NCBI RefSeq assembly: GCF_006345805.1
Contig: NC_043007.1
Span: 14,942,001-15,006,000, forward strand
Direction: 5' to 3'
Source of the DNA: Octopus sinensis
Taxonomy: Eukaryota
DNA: 64,000 nucleotides
A program made the translations under genes and the position numbers. Each line of letters begins with the position of its first letter. Positions within the stretch are counted from its first letter, which is position 1. Shown here piece after piece: positions 63,973 through 64,000 of this stretch. The notes beneath the pieces are model-generated. The model was not told where the DNA came from, did no database searches, and saw only the letters and a program-made list of their open reading frames with translations.

Positions 63973-64000
63973 TATATATACACACATACACAATAGCGTT

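Overview
Eukaryotic, AT-rich, microsatellite-dense genomic DNA with one 100-N assembly gap at 57834-57933. The tRNA-SINE families and repeat landscape look like a coleoid cephalopod, probably Octopus (inference, not verified). One host gene can be built by hand on the minus strand: an 11-coding-exon GH65 glycoside hydrolase (PGGHG/ATHL1-like, CDS 41529->18389, 2310 nt, 769 aa). All its introns are GT-AG with consistent phases. It has an N-terminal signal peptide and a GPI-like C-terminal tail. The rest is mostly transposable elements: several tRNA-derived SINE families, CR1/L2, RTE and R4/Dong LINE fragments, Penelope-like (PLE) fragments, Helitrons, Merlin-like MITEs and a mariner remnant. 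The most notable signal outside the ORF track is a set of about 10 type-I hammerhead ribozyme motifs from several repeat families. Their helices I and II covary and their helix III is self-complementary (palindromic). Three have intact catalytic cores; two of these lie sense within PGGHG introns, one only ~40 nt upstream of a 3' splice site. All calls were made by eye with no database search or folding run. Repeat boundaries are approximate unless termini or TSDs are quoted.
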